A DNA stretch of 64,000 bases from Lama guanicoe (lineage: Eukaryota), in assembly GCA_013239625.1 (NCBI GenBank), contig MU057355.1, positions 14,126,738 through 14,190,737 of the forward strand, read 5' to 3'. This document shows, piece after piece, positions 10,110-22,756 of this stretch; the stretch's first letter is position 1; each line of letters starts with the position of its first letter. Both the position numbers and the translations under genes were made by a program. The notes under the pieces were generated by a model. It was not told the DNA's origin and ran no database searches. It was given only the letters and a program-made list of their open reading frames with translations.

Positions 10110-10700
10110 GGGTGAGATAATCTTCCAACCTGGGAACCCAAGTAACACCCTTACCCCCCTCCCCCGTGGCCAACTCAGAGGCAGGTGAATTTTCATTCCA
10201 GACTCAGTGTCTGGGAAGCAGGAGAGGGAGGGGATGACAAGTAACCCCACTGAATATGTGAATCAGGAAGAAATGTGAGAGGGGCCATTCCTTTGGCCGT
10301 GACCGCACCGCTCAGCAATGCAAGTCATCCTATTTATCAAGAAGCCAGGGGACAGCTGTCTGTTGATATTGCACCACACCGCTGCTCCTTTTCCTTCTTT
10401 GTCAGCTTTCATATGACTCACCCTATCAAGAAAACGTAAATGCCCTGCATATCACACCCCCAGTAATATCTTTCTGATAACCAGACTTATCAACACGTCA
10501 CTTGGGGGAAGTGTGGCTTCAGGACATCCTATTCCCATGGGTAAACAGGCCGAGAGGAGAGGATCCGGGTCCTAATGGCCCTTGTCTATATCTGTTTGGA
10601 ATTCTCTGGAGTGATGTCTGGGACTAAAAAGGCCCCATGACATGCCACCTTACCATCATTATAAGAAATTGAAAGCATTCAGGAATGCACTTTTATTTTA
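10110..10700 (-). promoter_or_regulatory. ANKRD1 proximal promoter with TEAD/MCAT, GATA, AP-1, SMAD and E-box motifs
   Basis: CATTCC 10194-10199, CATTCCT 10286-10292, AGGAATG 10681-10687; GATA 10115-10120, 10334-10339, 10475-10480, 10487-10492; TGACTCA 10414-10420; CCAGAC 10198-10203. ANKRD1 is an established YAP/TEAD and GATA4 target. Confidence 0.8.
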
Positions 10701-13700
10701 TGGTGTCACAGGCCATAATTAGCCCGTGACATGCTTCCTGTCTTCTCAAACAGCATACTTACTGCAGCAAATTTTACTCAAAAAGGTTCCAAAATGTCCC
10801 AAGATGGATTCTGTGAGACCAGTTATTGGTAACGGGGTCCGACCCCGATTAAGGCACGGAGCCAGTGTTCTCAGGTACTGTGGTGGGAGACTCCCCTGTG
10901 GGAGTCGAAAGCTCACATCCCTGGGCCCCACTCCAGGGCGTTCTGAGTCCGGGTACCGTGGGTCCTAGGAGTTTTTTTGTTTTTTTTTTTCAGAGCACTC
11001 AGATAATTCTGACACATCAAGGTTTGAGATGGGTTGCCAGAGGAGCAAAGAGCTTGTCTTTGGGGAAGGGTAAAAAAACCACTGTCTCTGGTTTCTCATC
11101 TCTGGGATGTTTAATTATGTACCAATATTTAGGTCTCTAGAGTTCAAGGAGAAACAGGGAGCACTATCTCCAAAGCTGTTGAAAACCTTTTTTTTTTTTT
11201 CAGTACGAGAAAGGAGGGGAGAGTGAGGAAGGGAGTCTGAGTGGGGGAGTCTGTTAATTATGTTGCCCTTTCTGTGTCCATCACTCCGTCAGACGTACCC
11301 ACTCAACAAACAAGGCTGCCTTTCTCTTCTTCCCCCTCGAACTGATCAGCCTGTGGTTGCTTTTTCTGGAACTTTCAGAATGAGACGTAGACCACCCCAC
11401 CTCCCACAAAACCTAAGTGCTGGCAAAGAGGGGCCCTCTCACCAGCTCCGGCGTCTGTTCCAGTCTCCTGTGTTCTAACCCAAGAGGGCTTTTCCTTAAA
11501 GTTAAGGTCCTGGGGGTTTTTTTGAGGTGAAGACGGCTATTGCTGTTTTCATTGGTCTCTTTAAGTAAGAAGTGGCCATTGAAGCTTTTCCTACCATTTC
11601 TTACACCTTTTTGTTCCAGGCCTGACCCAAACTGACGGGAGCCTTAGGAGATATCTTTGAGCAAGGGTCATGAGTTGTTTAAGCATGTTGGATATAGAAG
11701 CCCAGAGCTGCTGGTGCCCTCTGAGTTCAGCCAAGACCAATGATTTCATCTTGCAGAGAGGATGCTGCAGCACAGAAACCTTAAGTCACTGGCTGCAGAC
11801 ACATAGCTAGTTAGTGGAGGCTAAGTTGGAGAATTTTGATTCCATTCAACAGAAACAGAATCACGGAGGCCAGAGCAGGTGTCCCAAGGCAGTTCCTACC
11901 TAGACCCACTGAGGGTTGAACCAAAACTGATTAAACGGCTCTTCTATGTTCAAATCCCCTCAAAGAATGCAAGTGGAAGTGGGTGGATTGGCTCAACACA
12001 CCCACTCCTCCCTGTAGTCATGTGATCATCCCCTCAAACCTGGCTGGTGCTGTGCAGGAGGTGCTAAGAAGTCTTAAAGAAGGCTTTACAGAGGATGACC
12101 CTTGAGGAAGGGTGGGTGGAATGGGCTGAAATTAGAGAAAGGAGCAAGCCGGCCAGATTCTCGGGGGTCCCCAGACAAGGAAAATCACTGCTAGCCTGTC
12201 CACTCCCCTTTCCTATGTCGATCCCGTTTGTCATTATAAACATGAGAGGATTTGCTTTTCAGAGAGAGATTCTAGAAATGTTTAGCTCCCTAACAACACC
12301 CAAGACAAGATTGTGTTTTCAAATCATTCTTATTCATCAAAATTGAGAACCCAACTTCTCAACTAGAGAAGAATTCTCTGTCACTTGTTTTTAAGGAGTT
12401 TCTTTCCCATAAAATTTCACTGAGAGGGTATGTTCTGAAATGTGTATATTTGGCTTGGTCATAGCCTCAAACTAGGCATAACCTTGCCTTACTAAGATGA
12501 ATTAAGGCAACCAAGCTGCACGTTGGTTCTAGAATCATTTAGCAACCCAGGGTCAACTATCTATGGCCAGAATGAGCAGGGGAATGGTCCCTGAGCTTTG
12601 CCAGAGTTCCCTCATGAGCCTTTTCCCCTTCCTCTCAGGATTTATGCATTTTGATGAGAACAGAATTATCACCCTGTTTACAGGGAGAGGAAGTGAGAGG
12701 CAAAGAAGCAGGGCCTAAGGCACTTAACTGCTGTCACCCAGGGTTTGAGAGACGTGCCCAGACACCCCCAGGGCTTGTGTGCCATAGCTCAGCTCCAAGG
12801 ACAGTGTTATCTCTCCAAGTTTTAGGTCATTGTACTCTTCCTCTGACTTTTTATTTTTACTATGTTCTCTTGACTATGTAAGTGATATATAAATACATTG
12901 TTAAGAATTAAAAACAACACAAAGAGAATGTGGCTTAGTTGCAGTGTTACTGAGTGTTGGAGTATTTGATTTTTTTCCACTTGATAATGTGTCTTATCAA
13001 CCATCTTCTACCGGCACAAAGTCGGTCTCATTATCTTAAACAACTACAAGGATTTTTGTGTGTGGACGTACCATTGCTTATTTAACCATTCTCCTATTTA
13101 TGGCCATGTAGGTTGTTTTTGAAAAGAGTCACTTTTATTTGCTACAATCCAAGGTATTTTATAAGCACATAAAAGGTTATTGTTATGAACACTCCTTGTC
13201 CTTAGAACCCCCACCTTGCTACTAAAAGGAAGGACTCCACGAACTGTAGCCAGATTCCAACTTGGAAGCCACCCTGCTCTGTTGCTGTACTTGTAATTGC
13301 TCATTTTACCATCCCTCCTAATCGCCGTGCTTGTCCCAGCTGCTGCTCACTGCTCTTGGCTCAGAGAAATAGCTGACTTTGCCTAACCAGGAATCCAAGG
13401 ATCCCTACAGCCAAGCCAAGGCTCAGTTACACAGTTGAAAATACCAAAGGGAGGTCATAAAACTGAAGCAAACAAGGTTCAAGTTTGTTTCCCCTCCCCT
13501 GCCAACAAGGGATGGAATCACCTGTATTTGAAAAGCCACAGGTCCTGGGGACATTTTGAGCTGGGTGGTGGCATCTGCCTTCATCTCCTCTCAAAGAACA
13601 AAGTCAAGACCCTAGTCCTGTTCCCAGGGCTCTGGACAGAAAGTGCATGCACAAAAAAATTTAAAAACAAATAAATAAAAAAAAAAACAGAAAAGGCATG

Positions 13701-14395
13701 AACATTGATATTGAACCCAGTACAAGCTGCCGTTTTGCAGATATTGGTGGCCTCCCTTGGTAGAGGTAGGTGAAGGCTAGAAGTCTTTCCACCACACCTT
13801 ACAGCAGGTGCCTTGCTATAGTAAATAATTGTCTCCACCCATATTCTGCCCCACGTACAAGGTCATGTCCCCCAGCAGGTACACACAGCCACATGCCTGT
13901 CCTGTAGGACTCAATGAAGCAGCCTCTGTCCATTTAGCTCTTGGGACGGTGCCTGGCATAAAAGGTTCGCCTGATGCAAATGAAACCATTCTTTTCTAGC
14001 AGTAGATTTCAGCTAACTTTCTAGTCTAATAGAATCCATGTATGATCCAACACAAGATCTGACTGAATCCTGCTACTCATTATAGGCCTAGGACTCCAAA
14101 GGGCATAGCAAAGTGCAGGACGCATAGTGGGGCTAAATATTTAGCTGCCGCCTGACAGGAGTCTTACATTCTTTTCTGGCCAAACCACATATCCCAAATC
14201 CTCCTTTCAATGACAAACAGTTTGTAGCATTTCTAATGCTAATTAACAAATAATCCTCCTGTACTAATTAGATAGTTAAAGTGCTTGGGTATCTGGAGTG
14301 TGAGCAGCTCATTAGTATCTTTCAAATGTTAACTAACTACAGCAGTGGTAATCTCCCAGTTAGGGTACCTCAGAAGTGAGCTAAACTTCCCTAGG

Positions 14396-14592
14396 GCAGT
14401 GGTACTCAGGACTGGGTGCATCTTAGAATTGTCTGTGAAACTTTTAAAAGATGCTGATGCCCCGGCTTCAGTCCAGTCAAGTGAAATCTGAATCTTTGCT
14501 TTTAATGTCCAGGCATTGGCATAGAAAACAAACAAACAAACAAACACCTCTCTAGTTGATTCTAATTTCCACCCAGCACTGAGAATACCACT
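14396..14592 (+). mobile_element. MER5-family (MER5B-like) hAT MITE
   Basis: Ends CAGTGGTACTCA... and ...TGATTCTAAT...CTGAGAATACCACT. Confidence 0.6.
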
Positions 14593-14730
14593 TCAGAGTA
14601 TAGATTTAAAAGAATATGTACGTAACTATATATACATATATTCTTGAAGATGTGGGAGGAGGTCAAGCCATCCTTACCCTAGTCTCAGAATTCTGACTGT
14701 GAAAGACTCTGCCTTTCCTAAGAGTATGGG

Positions 14731-14732
<2 letters not shown>

Positions 14733-14780
<48 letters not shown>
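14733..14780. repeat. (AC)24 microsatellite
   Basis: Perfect dinucleotide run. Confidence 0.97.
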
Positions 14781-14782
<2 letters not shown>

Positions 14783-17087
14783 GATGTACTCATTTGATAC
14801 TTATTTGGCCCTATTATGTGTCAGCCATTTTTTTAAGGCTGAGATATACCAATGCTCACAAGAGACAAACTCTCCTACCTTTGTGGGGTTCTCTGTTTTA
14901 CTGTTATGTAAGGAAAACTCAGGCAGTATAACATGCTTCTTTGGCATGGCCAAAGGAAGGTCAAGGAAGGTGTCAGTCGCGCGTGAAGTTGTGAAGGATG
15001 AAGGGTGTGGGATGGGGAATTAGAGAACCTGACTTTTAATCCCAGCTCTGCCTGGGGCTAACTGAGTCCTTTCAACAACTCCAGTTATCAAAGAAGAGTT
15101 TTGAACAAAATGATCCTGGGCCCCTAAAGTTTTATTAAAGTCTCAAAACCACCAAATCAAAAGATAGAAATAAACATTAATTAACTGCAGCATCACATGC
15201 GGACAGCAGAGTTAATTCTCCAGAGCCTCTAAAACAGAAAATGGCTCATGAAGCCTTCATGAGCCCAGTGTATTCCGACCATTTTTAAGACATGCCCCAC
15301 TTGATAAATATAAAAATCTCACACCTTCTGTTAACGAGAATAGGAATGTCAAGATCAACTGGGGGCCCATACCAGTGAAAGAAATGGTAATTTTGAATAT
15401 GCTTTTCCAGACTTCCCTAGGCCTTAGAAATTTTGATAAGGCTCTTTCCCTCCTTCTTCCCCTCTGAGAATCTCTGCCTGGGTTCTTGTTTTACTGAGTC
15501 CATGTAGAAAAAGTATCAATAAATGGGAAGAGCTGTCAGTGACTTTTCATTAAAATTCTTATTTCCCCAAACAATATGTTCTCTTTTAGGCTTCTGCACT
15601 AATTCCTGTAGTTGTAGTAAGGCAGAGCCTTTCACGATCAACATTCTGAGACAGTGATCAGATAAGTGGACTGCTTATTATAACTCTGAGAAGAATGGAT
15701 GTGTGGGAGAATCAGCTAATGTGAACTGATTCCCCTTCCTGCCCTCAAACTTTCTCAAAAGCCAAACTGACTTCATGAGATGAACTTGTACTGAATGGAC
15801 AGTGGGATGATGGAGAGTTTGCATTGAAGTGGTTTTTGAAAAAGAAGGCTGATTGTCATGGTAACGCTCTGAAAAGATTTTGAGGCAACTTTAGAATTAC
15901 TTCACATCCAGTTCTATAGGACATCCACTTGGGGTGAGAGATAAGTGCTTTCTGTGACTACAAATGTATAAAGAGAATCCATTTAACCTTTTTAGCCAAT
16001 TTATTAAAGCAGAGGAGAATTATTTTTAAAATGCAATTTCTGACTTCAAGTGAGGAGTGTTGGAAAAACATTTTCTTGGTGTAGTTTGGAGTTTCCAAAT
16101 ACAAGAGAAAAATGCTGCAAGACATCTTAAGTATGGGTTCTTTGGGAAGAAGAGAAGTTGAGGGCCAGGCAAAACACTGAGCAGCTATTGAGTCCTTTCC
16201 CTGCCCATCAGAAAGGTCCAGGCTCAGGTAGTTGGGGACCCTCTTACTTTAAAGATTAAAACTTACCTTTGTAAACATCTCGATGTTTAAAATCTCAGTG
16301 CAACATAGTTGGATTTTTTTGTTTGTTTATTTGTGTTTTTTTGTGGTTTACCTAAATCTTGGCAGTTCAGCCTGTTTGTTTCATTCTAGCTTCAGGAAAG
16401 ATCATCACCCCCAAAACACTGACTGAACACTTTTTACAATGAGTTTTGTTAGATCAAGAGGAGAAAAAGCTAAAAGGTGAAGTTTCTGCCCTTGAAATCT
16501 TACAGGAACAATCCCTTCCATCAGCTCAAAACCCTTCTTATATCTAGGTATTGTTAAACTCTTTAGAACATCAATTTTTAGAACATAGAGAGTTTCAGTT
16601 CTGTCTAACCCAGTCTCCTAATTAAACACAGTGGAGCAAGTGATACTGGAAGAGGTGAAGTAGTTCATCCCAAATCGCGCATAGAGTCAGGATCCAAATC
16701 CAGGTCTCCCTACTTCCAGGCTACCGCTCCGTCCCCAGATTAAAAGTATCTCAGTTATTTTTCTTCACAAAGAGACACTACCTGCTAGCTAGTGCTCTAT
16801 TCCTTCCAAAGTAAATGCCCACACACGTATCATTTCATGTTTTGTCTCCTCCTATACAGTGCTTTATAGCTTGGTCATTTAAAAATATATATAGGCTCCC
16901 ATTCCTTGGAGACATAGCTGATTCCAGGTCTGGAGCAGGGAAGGTACAAGATGACCTCATACACCGCGTGCCAGAAAGCAAGGAGGTACTCGTGGACTAA
17001 GGGGGAGCTTGCCCAAAGGAACAGCTGTAAAGGGCTTCTTCTCTCCGAATTTGGGATATGTCGAGTGTCAAAAAGAATGATGATGGT

Positions 17088-17202
17088 GGAGGAGGGTATA
17101 GCTCAGTGGTAGAGTGTGTGTTTAGCATGTGCATGGTCCTGGGTTCAATTCCCAGTACCTCCATTAAAAATAAGTAAATAAACTTAATTATCTCTCCCCC
17201 CA
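17088..17202 (+). mobile_element. Camelid tRNA-derived SINE (Vic-1-like), full length with 18-bp TSD
   Basis: Box A TAGCTCAGTGG, box B GGTTCAATTCC, A-rich tail; TSD AAAAAGAAT(G/A)ATGATGGT at 17070-17087 and 17203-17220. Confidence 0.9.
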
Positions 17203-17614
17203 AAAAAGAATAATGATGGTAACTTATGAATGAAACAAATAATCTATTGAGCCCATAGTTATACTAAATAAATAAATAATATAAATATATAAACAAGTAA
17301 ATAAATAGAGAAAGGAAAGGGGAAAGTTCTTTACAGAAGAATGCCAGCTAATTGATGTAGCAAGAAGGATAAAATTAGGAAGTTCACTGTGTTACAACCC
17401 CCAGTGAAATAAGTGATTCAAGCAAAGTCGTCAGTGAATGCTAAAACCATTTTCTAAAATGTCGTTGGGTGTTAGGATGTTCTCATAGCACTAAAAGATC
17501 ACACAGAGATTACATATTAAATACTAAAGAGCCGAAAGCACCTTTACAATGAAGAAATCCAGTAGGCATCACCTTCACAAGAGACCAAACTTACCAAGAA
17601 AAGTGAACTTCTCT

Positions 17615-17706
17615 TGATAGGCAGGGAACTGTATTCAACTATAGTCAATATCTTGCAATAACCTATAATGGAAAAGAACCTGAAAAAGTGTGTGTGGGTA
17701 TATCTA

Positions 17707-17739
<33 letters not shown>

Positions 17740-17830
17740 ATGTGTATATCTGTATCTATATCTGAATCTCTTGGCTGTACACCTGAAACTAACACATTGT
17801 AAATCAACTATACTTCGATTTTTTAAAAAA
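17615..17830 (+). mobile_element. 5'-truncated artiodactyl-type L1 3' end
   Basis: CAGGGAACT..ATTCAA...CTGTACACCTGAAACTAACACATTGTAAATCAACTATACTTC plus A tail; the same tail recurs about 10 times in the window. Confidence 0.85.
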
Positions 17831-18794
17831 CAGAAGTGCTAGGGACCAGGTATCTATTTTTTAAAACTTTCCAGCTGATTCTAATTTTCACCCAGAATTG
17901 GGAATACCATCCCAGGGTTTAGATTTACACGAATATGTATGTATATGTACAATATGAAGTTGTAGTAAACAAATAAGTTATCCTTATTATGGTCTCAGAA
18001 TTTTGATTGTTAAAAGCTCTGCCTTACTAAGACTGTGGGGGAAAATACATACATCATATATGTAACTCATCCATTCAAAAATGTTTGTTTAGTTTATTCC
18101 TGTGGGAAAGCCTGACAGTATGTATTTCCTGAAGTGTTGTAGTAAGAAGTCACGTCATTTAGGTAATATTCTTGCCAAAAATGCTTAACCTGAATCCAAT
18201 CATGAGGCAACATGTAGACAAATCTAAAATGTTGGATAGTCAACAAGACAACTAGCTTGGGCTCTTCAAAAAGTCAACGACTTGAAAAAGCAAACAAAAA
18301 AGAAATGGGGGATTGTTCTAGATGAAAAGAAACTAAAGAGATGTAACAAACAAAATGTGTGAACTTTGGCTGGATGATAGAATTTAAAGAACAAAAGCCG
18401 TAAGATACATTTTGGGGCCAATTAAATCTAAATTGGGGCTGTATTTTAGACACCATATTTGTCTTATGACAGTTTTCTTATGTGTAATAATGGTTTTGAG
18501 GCAATGTAGGAGAATGTCCTTATTCTTAGGAGATACATTCTGAATTATTTAGGGTGAGGTGTCATGATACCTCCTTTCAAATAGTTCAGCAAAAACAGTG
18601 AGGGTCAGGGAGGAGGGGAGGCGCGGAGAGAAAGAGAGAAAGGTGGAAAGAAAAAGCACAGCTGTAAAACATTAACATTTGAGTCAAGGTGAAGCGTATA
18701 CAGGTGCTCATTGTACTACTTCAGTGTTTCTGTAGCTTTCAAAAATTAAAAATAAAATAAAATGAGACCTCTTAGTAAAATAGGAACCGTAGGA

Positions 18795-18900
18795 CCTAAG
18801 TTCCATGAAGCAAGGGATGTTTTGTTTATTCTCTCACTGGTGTACCCCAAGCCCTTAGAACAACCCCCTGGCACATAGTAGGCACTTAGTAAAGATGCGT
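18795..18900 (+). mobile_element. L2 3' end
   Basis: TAAGTTCCATGAAGCAAGGGA...CCTGGCACATAGTAGGCACT. Confidence 0.7.
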
Positions 18901-19603
18901 TTCATGAAAAAAAGACAAAAAACGTGGCCCCAGCCTGGTGTCAGAGGGATGGATGGAAGCCACAGAGTGGGCGTGTCTGCCCAGTGGCGCCCAGCCAGTC
19001 AGCGGGGTTCTGAGCTCCACCAGGGAGGCTCCTGTGGCCAGTGCTCCCTTAGCTGCATCTGCCTTTCCTACTGCCAGCTGGGCGGAAGGTGGGGGAAAGA
19101 AGCGTCACTCAGCCAGAATGGCTCACTCGTGACCTGCTTTCTCGCCACGTGCCACAGTCCAACCGGAGATGGCAAGGAGACGTTTCTGATAAGAGTATTA
19201 AGGGATGTACGCTCCCGTCAGCGCACATGGGTTCCGTCACCTCGTGGATTCAGGGGAAAATGGGAACGTTTGTTAAACCTCCTGGATCACAAGATCCAGT
19301 AGACCCCAGGCAGCTGGTGAAATTGAAAGTCTTACAGGAAGGCAACAGCTGACTTTTTTTCAATCGCTTTTAATGCCACCAAAACAATAGATTGTTTTTA
19401 AAAGATGAGATTTGTACGATTCTATGAGTTGAATGGCTTACTATTTCGTTTCTAAAGGCTGGGGTTCAGGAAACATATATTAAGAAATGATAAAATATGA
19501 ATTCAAAAAAATGCCTGGAAAGTTAATGGAGGAGGAGAGCTGCGGGTGATGGAGTCGAATGTTGATACAGTGGCTCAGCAGACAGCCGGCCAGCTAGAGG
19601 TGT

Positions 19604-19736
19604 CTTTCTCTCCTTTTTCTTTCTCCTTCTCTTCTTTGTTCTGTCTCTTACTTTTGCTGTCTCCTTTCTTTCCTCTCTTCACCCCTTTTTCTTTCTTTTT
19701 TCTTTTTGCCCTTCTTCCTTTCTTTTTCTCTCTCTT
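19604..19736. repeat. Polypyrimidine (CT-rich) low-complexity tract
   Basis: About 130 bp almost entirely C/T. Confidence 0.85.
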
Positions 19737-21283
19737 AAAAAAATCATGTGAAACTCAAGCTGACCCCAGCCTCCACCTCTCCTACTTCCCATAAGCAGAG
19801 CCATGTCCCTCCTAATAGCGACTGTTTGAGAAGGAGGTTCAGACCCTTTTAACTTGGAAAATCCCCCCAGGTATGTCATCTTTCCTGTGTAGACCTGCAA
19901 GGGAGGTGATTTTACCTCTCCCTCTTGGAAGGAGCCTGGCAGTACTTTCTGAACTGAATTCACATAAGAAAGGGAAGAGCCTGTTTGGAAGAACATACTC
20001 TTCTGTTGCCAACACAAGCAGATCTTTTCGAGAGGAGGGAAACTGTCACCCCTCCAAGATCTTTGCTCTCCTTCAGAGCCCAGGCGCTCAGGTTTCACAA
20101 AGGAATTTATAGAGCAGACTGACGCCTCTGGGGTTGGAAGGGGCTCAGGACTGCGTGGAGAGCGTGAAGAGGGACAGGCACCCCTCTCTGCTTTGTGTGG
20201 GCTGGGGATTGTTTACCAGGGGATGAAAATGTCCTCTCACTGAAAAGGAATGTTTGGCAAGGAAATGACCTCTGTAGGTTCAACCCAGTGGCTCCCTGGG
20301 GAGTCAGTTTGAGTTAGTAACAGATTAGAACCACCAACCTGGACAGAGCGTGCTGGGAGGGGCAGGGGAGGGGGCTGGGATCACAGGGGCTTTGTGATGT
20401 TTAGAGCAACTCCTGCCTTCAAAGGGCAGCAGTCCTCCTGGCAAATTATATTTTGAGAAAGAAAGAAAAGGAACTGAGAAGGGAGAAATCATAATGAAAA
20501 ATAAATGTTTCCTACTGTATCGCTTAGCTCAGAGCTGGTCCTCGGTCCTTTGAAAACCATGTTTGGGGATACTGAGGTGGTGTGGGGTGAGTTGCTCTGG
20601 TGCTGACATCGACATTTGGGAGAAGTGGAGAGAGATGACATCTTTCCTTATTTGGTGGCTCTGGGAGCTGCATACCCTCTTCATCTCTCTTCCCATTAGA
20701 ACCTGGCCCTGGTCAGCAGAAGTCCAAGCCATTCCACAGCCCCCACCCTTGGTACTTCCTTATCTCGGAGTCTTCACTGTGGAATTCCCAGGCCCACCCC
20801 AGTGCTCCGGATGTGCCTCAATCTATGGCCTGCCACTTGGCTCCTCTTGTGATGACAAGCAGATAACATAGTTCACATGCCTTCTCCTTTTCCTGCATAC
20901 CAGCCGGACCCCAGCTCCAAAAAGGAAACGCACCACAAGCCGAGAGAGATGGAGTTTTATTTTTATATAGGCATTGTTAAGACTGCTGTAAGCCTAGAAT
21001 TGTGGAAAATGCTTTCCCATGTTGCTGCAGTTAATCCCCTCAATCATTCCAGGATTTTTACAGATAAGGAAATTAGTGGGTACCAAGGTTAATGAAATAT
21101 CCACAGTTCCATAACAAGTGTGTGTGTGTGTGTATGTGTGGAAGGTGAGGGTGGTGGCCAGATTCAAACCTGAGACTGACTCCAAGTCCAGAGCACTTTT
21201 ACTGTAGTTAAATCCCATCACAGCTAAGCCTGACCCCCATGGCAGTCATTCTCAAGATTTACCAAGTTCGGACATCATTAACC

Positions 21284-21328
21284 TCAAGACAAGCATTCTT
21301 TCGTCAAGACAAGCATTCTTTCGTCAAG
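21284..21328. repeat. Perfect 20-bp tandem duplication
   Basis: (TCAAGACAAGCATTCTTTCG)x2 followed by TCAAG. Confidence 0.95.
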
Positions 21329-21439
21329 GCACGCTATCGAAAGCTGCACTTTTCTTATTCATCAACATCTCTATGGTTACAACCAAAACTCAAATGCAGT
21401 TTATAAAGATTCCATATCTGAGAAGCAACAAGAAAACAG

Positions 21440-21820
21440 AAAATACTTGTTAAGCACATCAGTAAATGAATAAGTGTAAACATGAAATAAAGTGGCAAGA
21501 ATATGTCCAAGTCAATAAATATGGAGTTAGATGCCTCTTTTAAAAGACAGATGCTCTTATAGGGGGTAAAGCAATACGAACCATGTAGGGACATGACTGT
21601 ACCAGGATGACTTTGAGAGGATGAAAATAAAGGATGGACAAAGAGATACCATGTAAATGCTACCAAAATATGCAGAAGGGGCAATATTACTACCAGACAG
21701 AACAAATTCAAAGCAAACAGCACTAAATGAGACTAAGAAGGATGAGAAACACCACCCAGCAAGAATTTCTACCTATAATTAATTTTTATGCAGTCAAGAA
21801 CATAGCATCAAAATATCTGA
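21440..21820 (+). mobile_element. Old L1 ORF2 endonuclease-region fragment
   Basis: GAAAATAAAAGGATGGACAAAGAGATACCATGTAAATG...CAGACAGAACAAATTCAAAGCAAA. Confidence 0.6.
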
Positions 21821-22756
21821 AGACCAAACCTGTGTCCTCAGGCATGCTGAGAACAAGTACACAGAGCAAAAAGTACTGTTTGGACCCAACAGGATCCTGC
21901 TGTCTCTTCCAGTGGGTAATTTATATGCGGTGTATTTAAAGCAAGGAGCTTAAGCTCAGACTTCCAGATTGGAAAGATTCAAAGTATTTCAGGGAGAGCT
22001 TATTTACGCTGTATGAGTATTTTACGTCAGGGAAGCATTACAACAAATAGACCGTGAAAAATCACACCACATCCTAAGGAAAAACAAAAGCCACAGAAGG
22101 TTCTTGGAGTGTCTCTTCAGGAAATCCTCAAGCACCCAAGGCCCTTGCCAGTTAGGGCAATGTGTTCATAAATTTCCCCTAACAAACTCATTCCAGCATC
22201 AGAAAATGACAAATCATTCAAACTTTAAAGGATTGATAGCTAAACTCTTCCAGGACTGTGGGCATGAATCCAGGAAAGGAGTTTATGCCAGAAAATGGAA
22301 CCCCTTCCTGCCAGAAATGGAAATAAAGATAGAAAGAAACCCAGTGACTTCATTTCAACTCACATCTACCACATTTTAGGCAAAAGAGTGAGGAGGCAGC
22401 TTAGAGCTTCTCACAGATGAGATGAAATTCTTTGAAAAAGTAAAGAACTAAAGTGTTCAGTTCTTAAATGAATCTCATCTTCCCCAGCAGGGTTGGGTTA
22501 GTGGAGGAAAGAGGTTGAGAAGCTAAGGAGGGGAAAGGTTGTCTGTGAACCAGACACCTAGATTCCAAGTGACGTCTTTAGAGAGGACACAATTTGAATT
22601 GATGGGAAAACCGAAAACTAGTAAGTGCAAATCTAGAATATTAATTCTGCTAAGTGTAAATTAGACAGTGAATAAGTCAGAAACCCTTGAAGGACAATGA
22701 ATGTAGTTGAGCTCACTAGTGCCTTATATTCTATACCCAAACCAAAAAAAAAAACC

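Larger units (their letters stand above)
16880..18760 (+). mobile_element. Old L1 3' end (L1MC-like), interrupted by a SINE, a younger L1 tail and a duplicated segment
   Basis: GCTGATTCCAGGTCTGGAGCAGG, ATATTCTTGCCAAAAATG, GGAGAATGTCCTTATTCTTAGGAGATACA resemble the L1MC3/4 3'UTR. Confidence 0.65.

Noticed and set aside
17088-17162. tRNA-like sequence with A and B boxes
   Set aside because: It is a SINE head: it has an A-rich tail, a TSD and diverged copies elsewhere in the window
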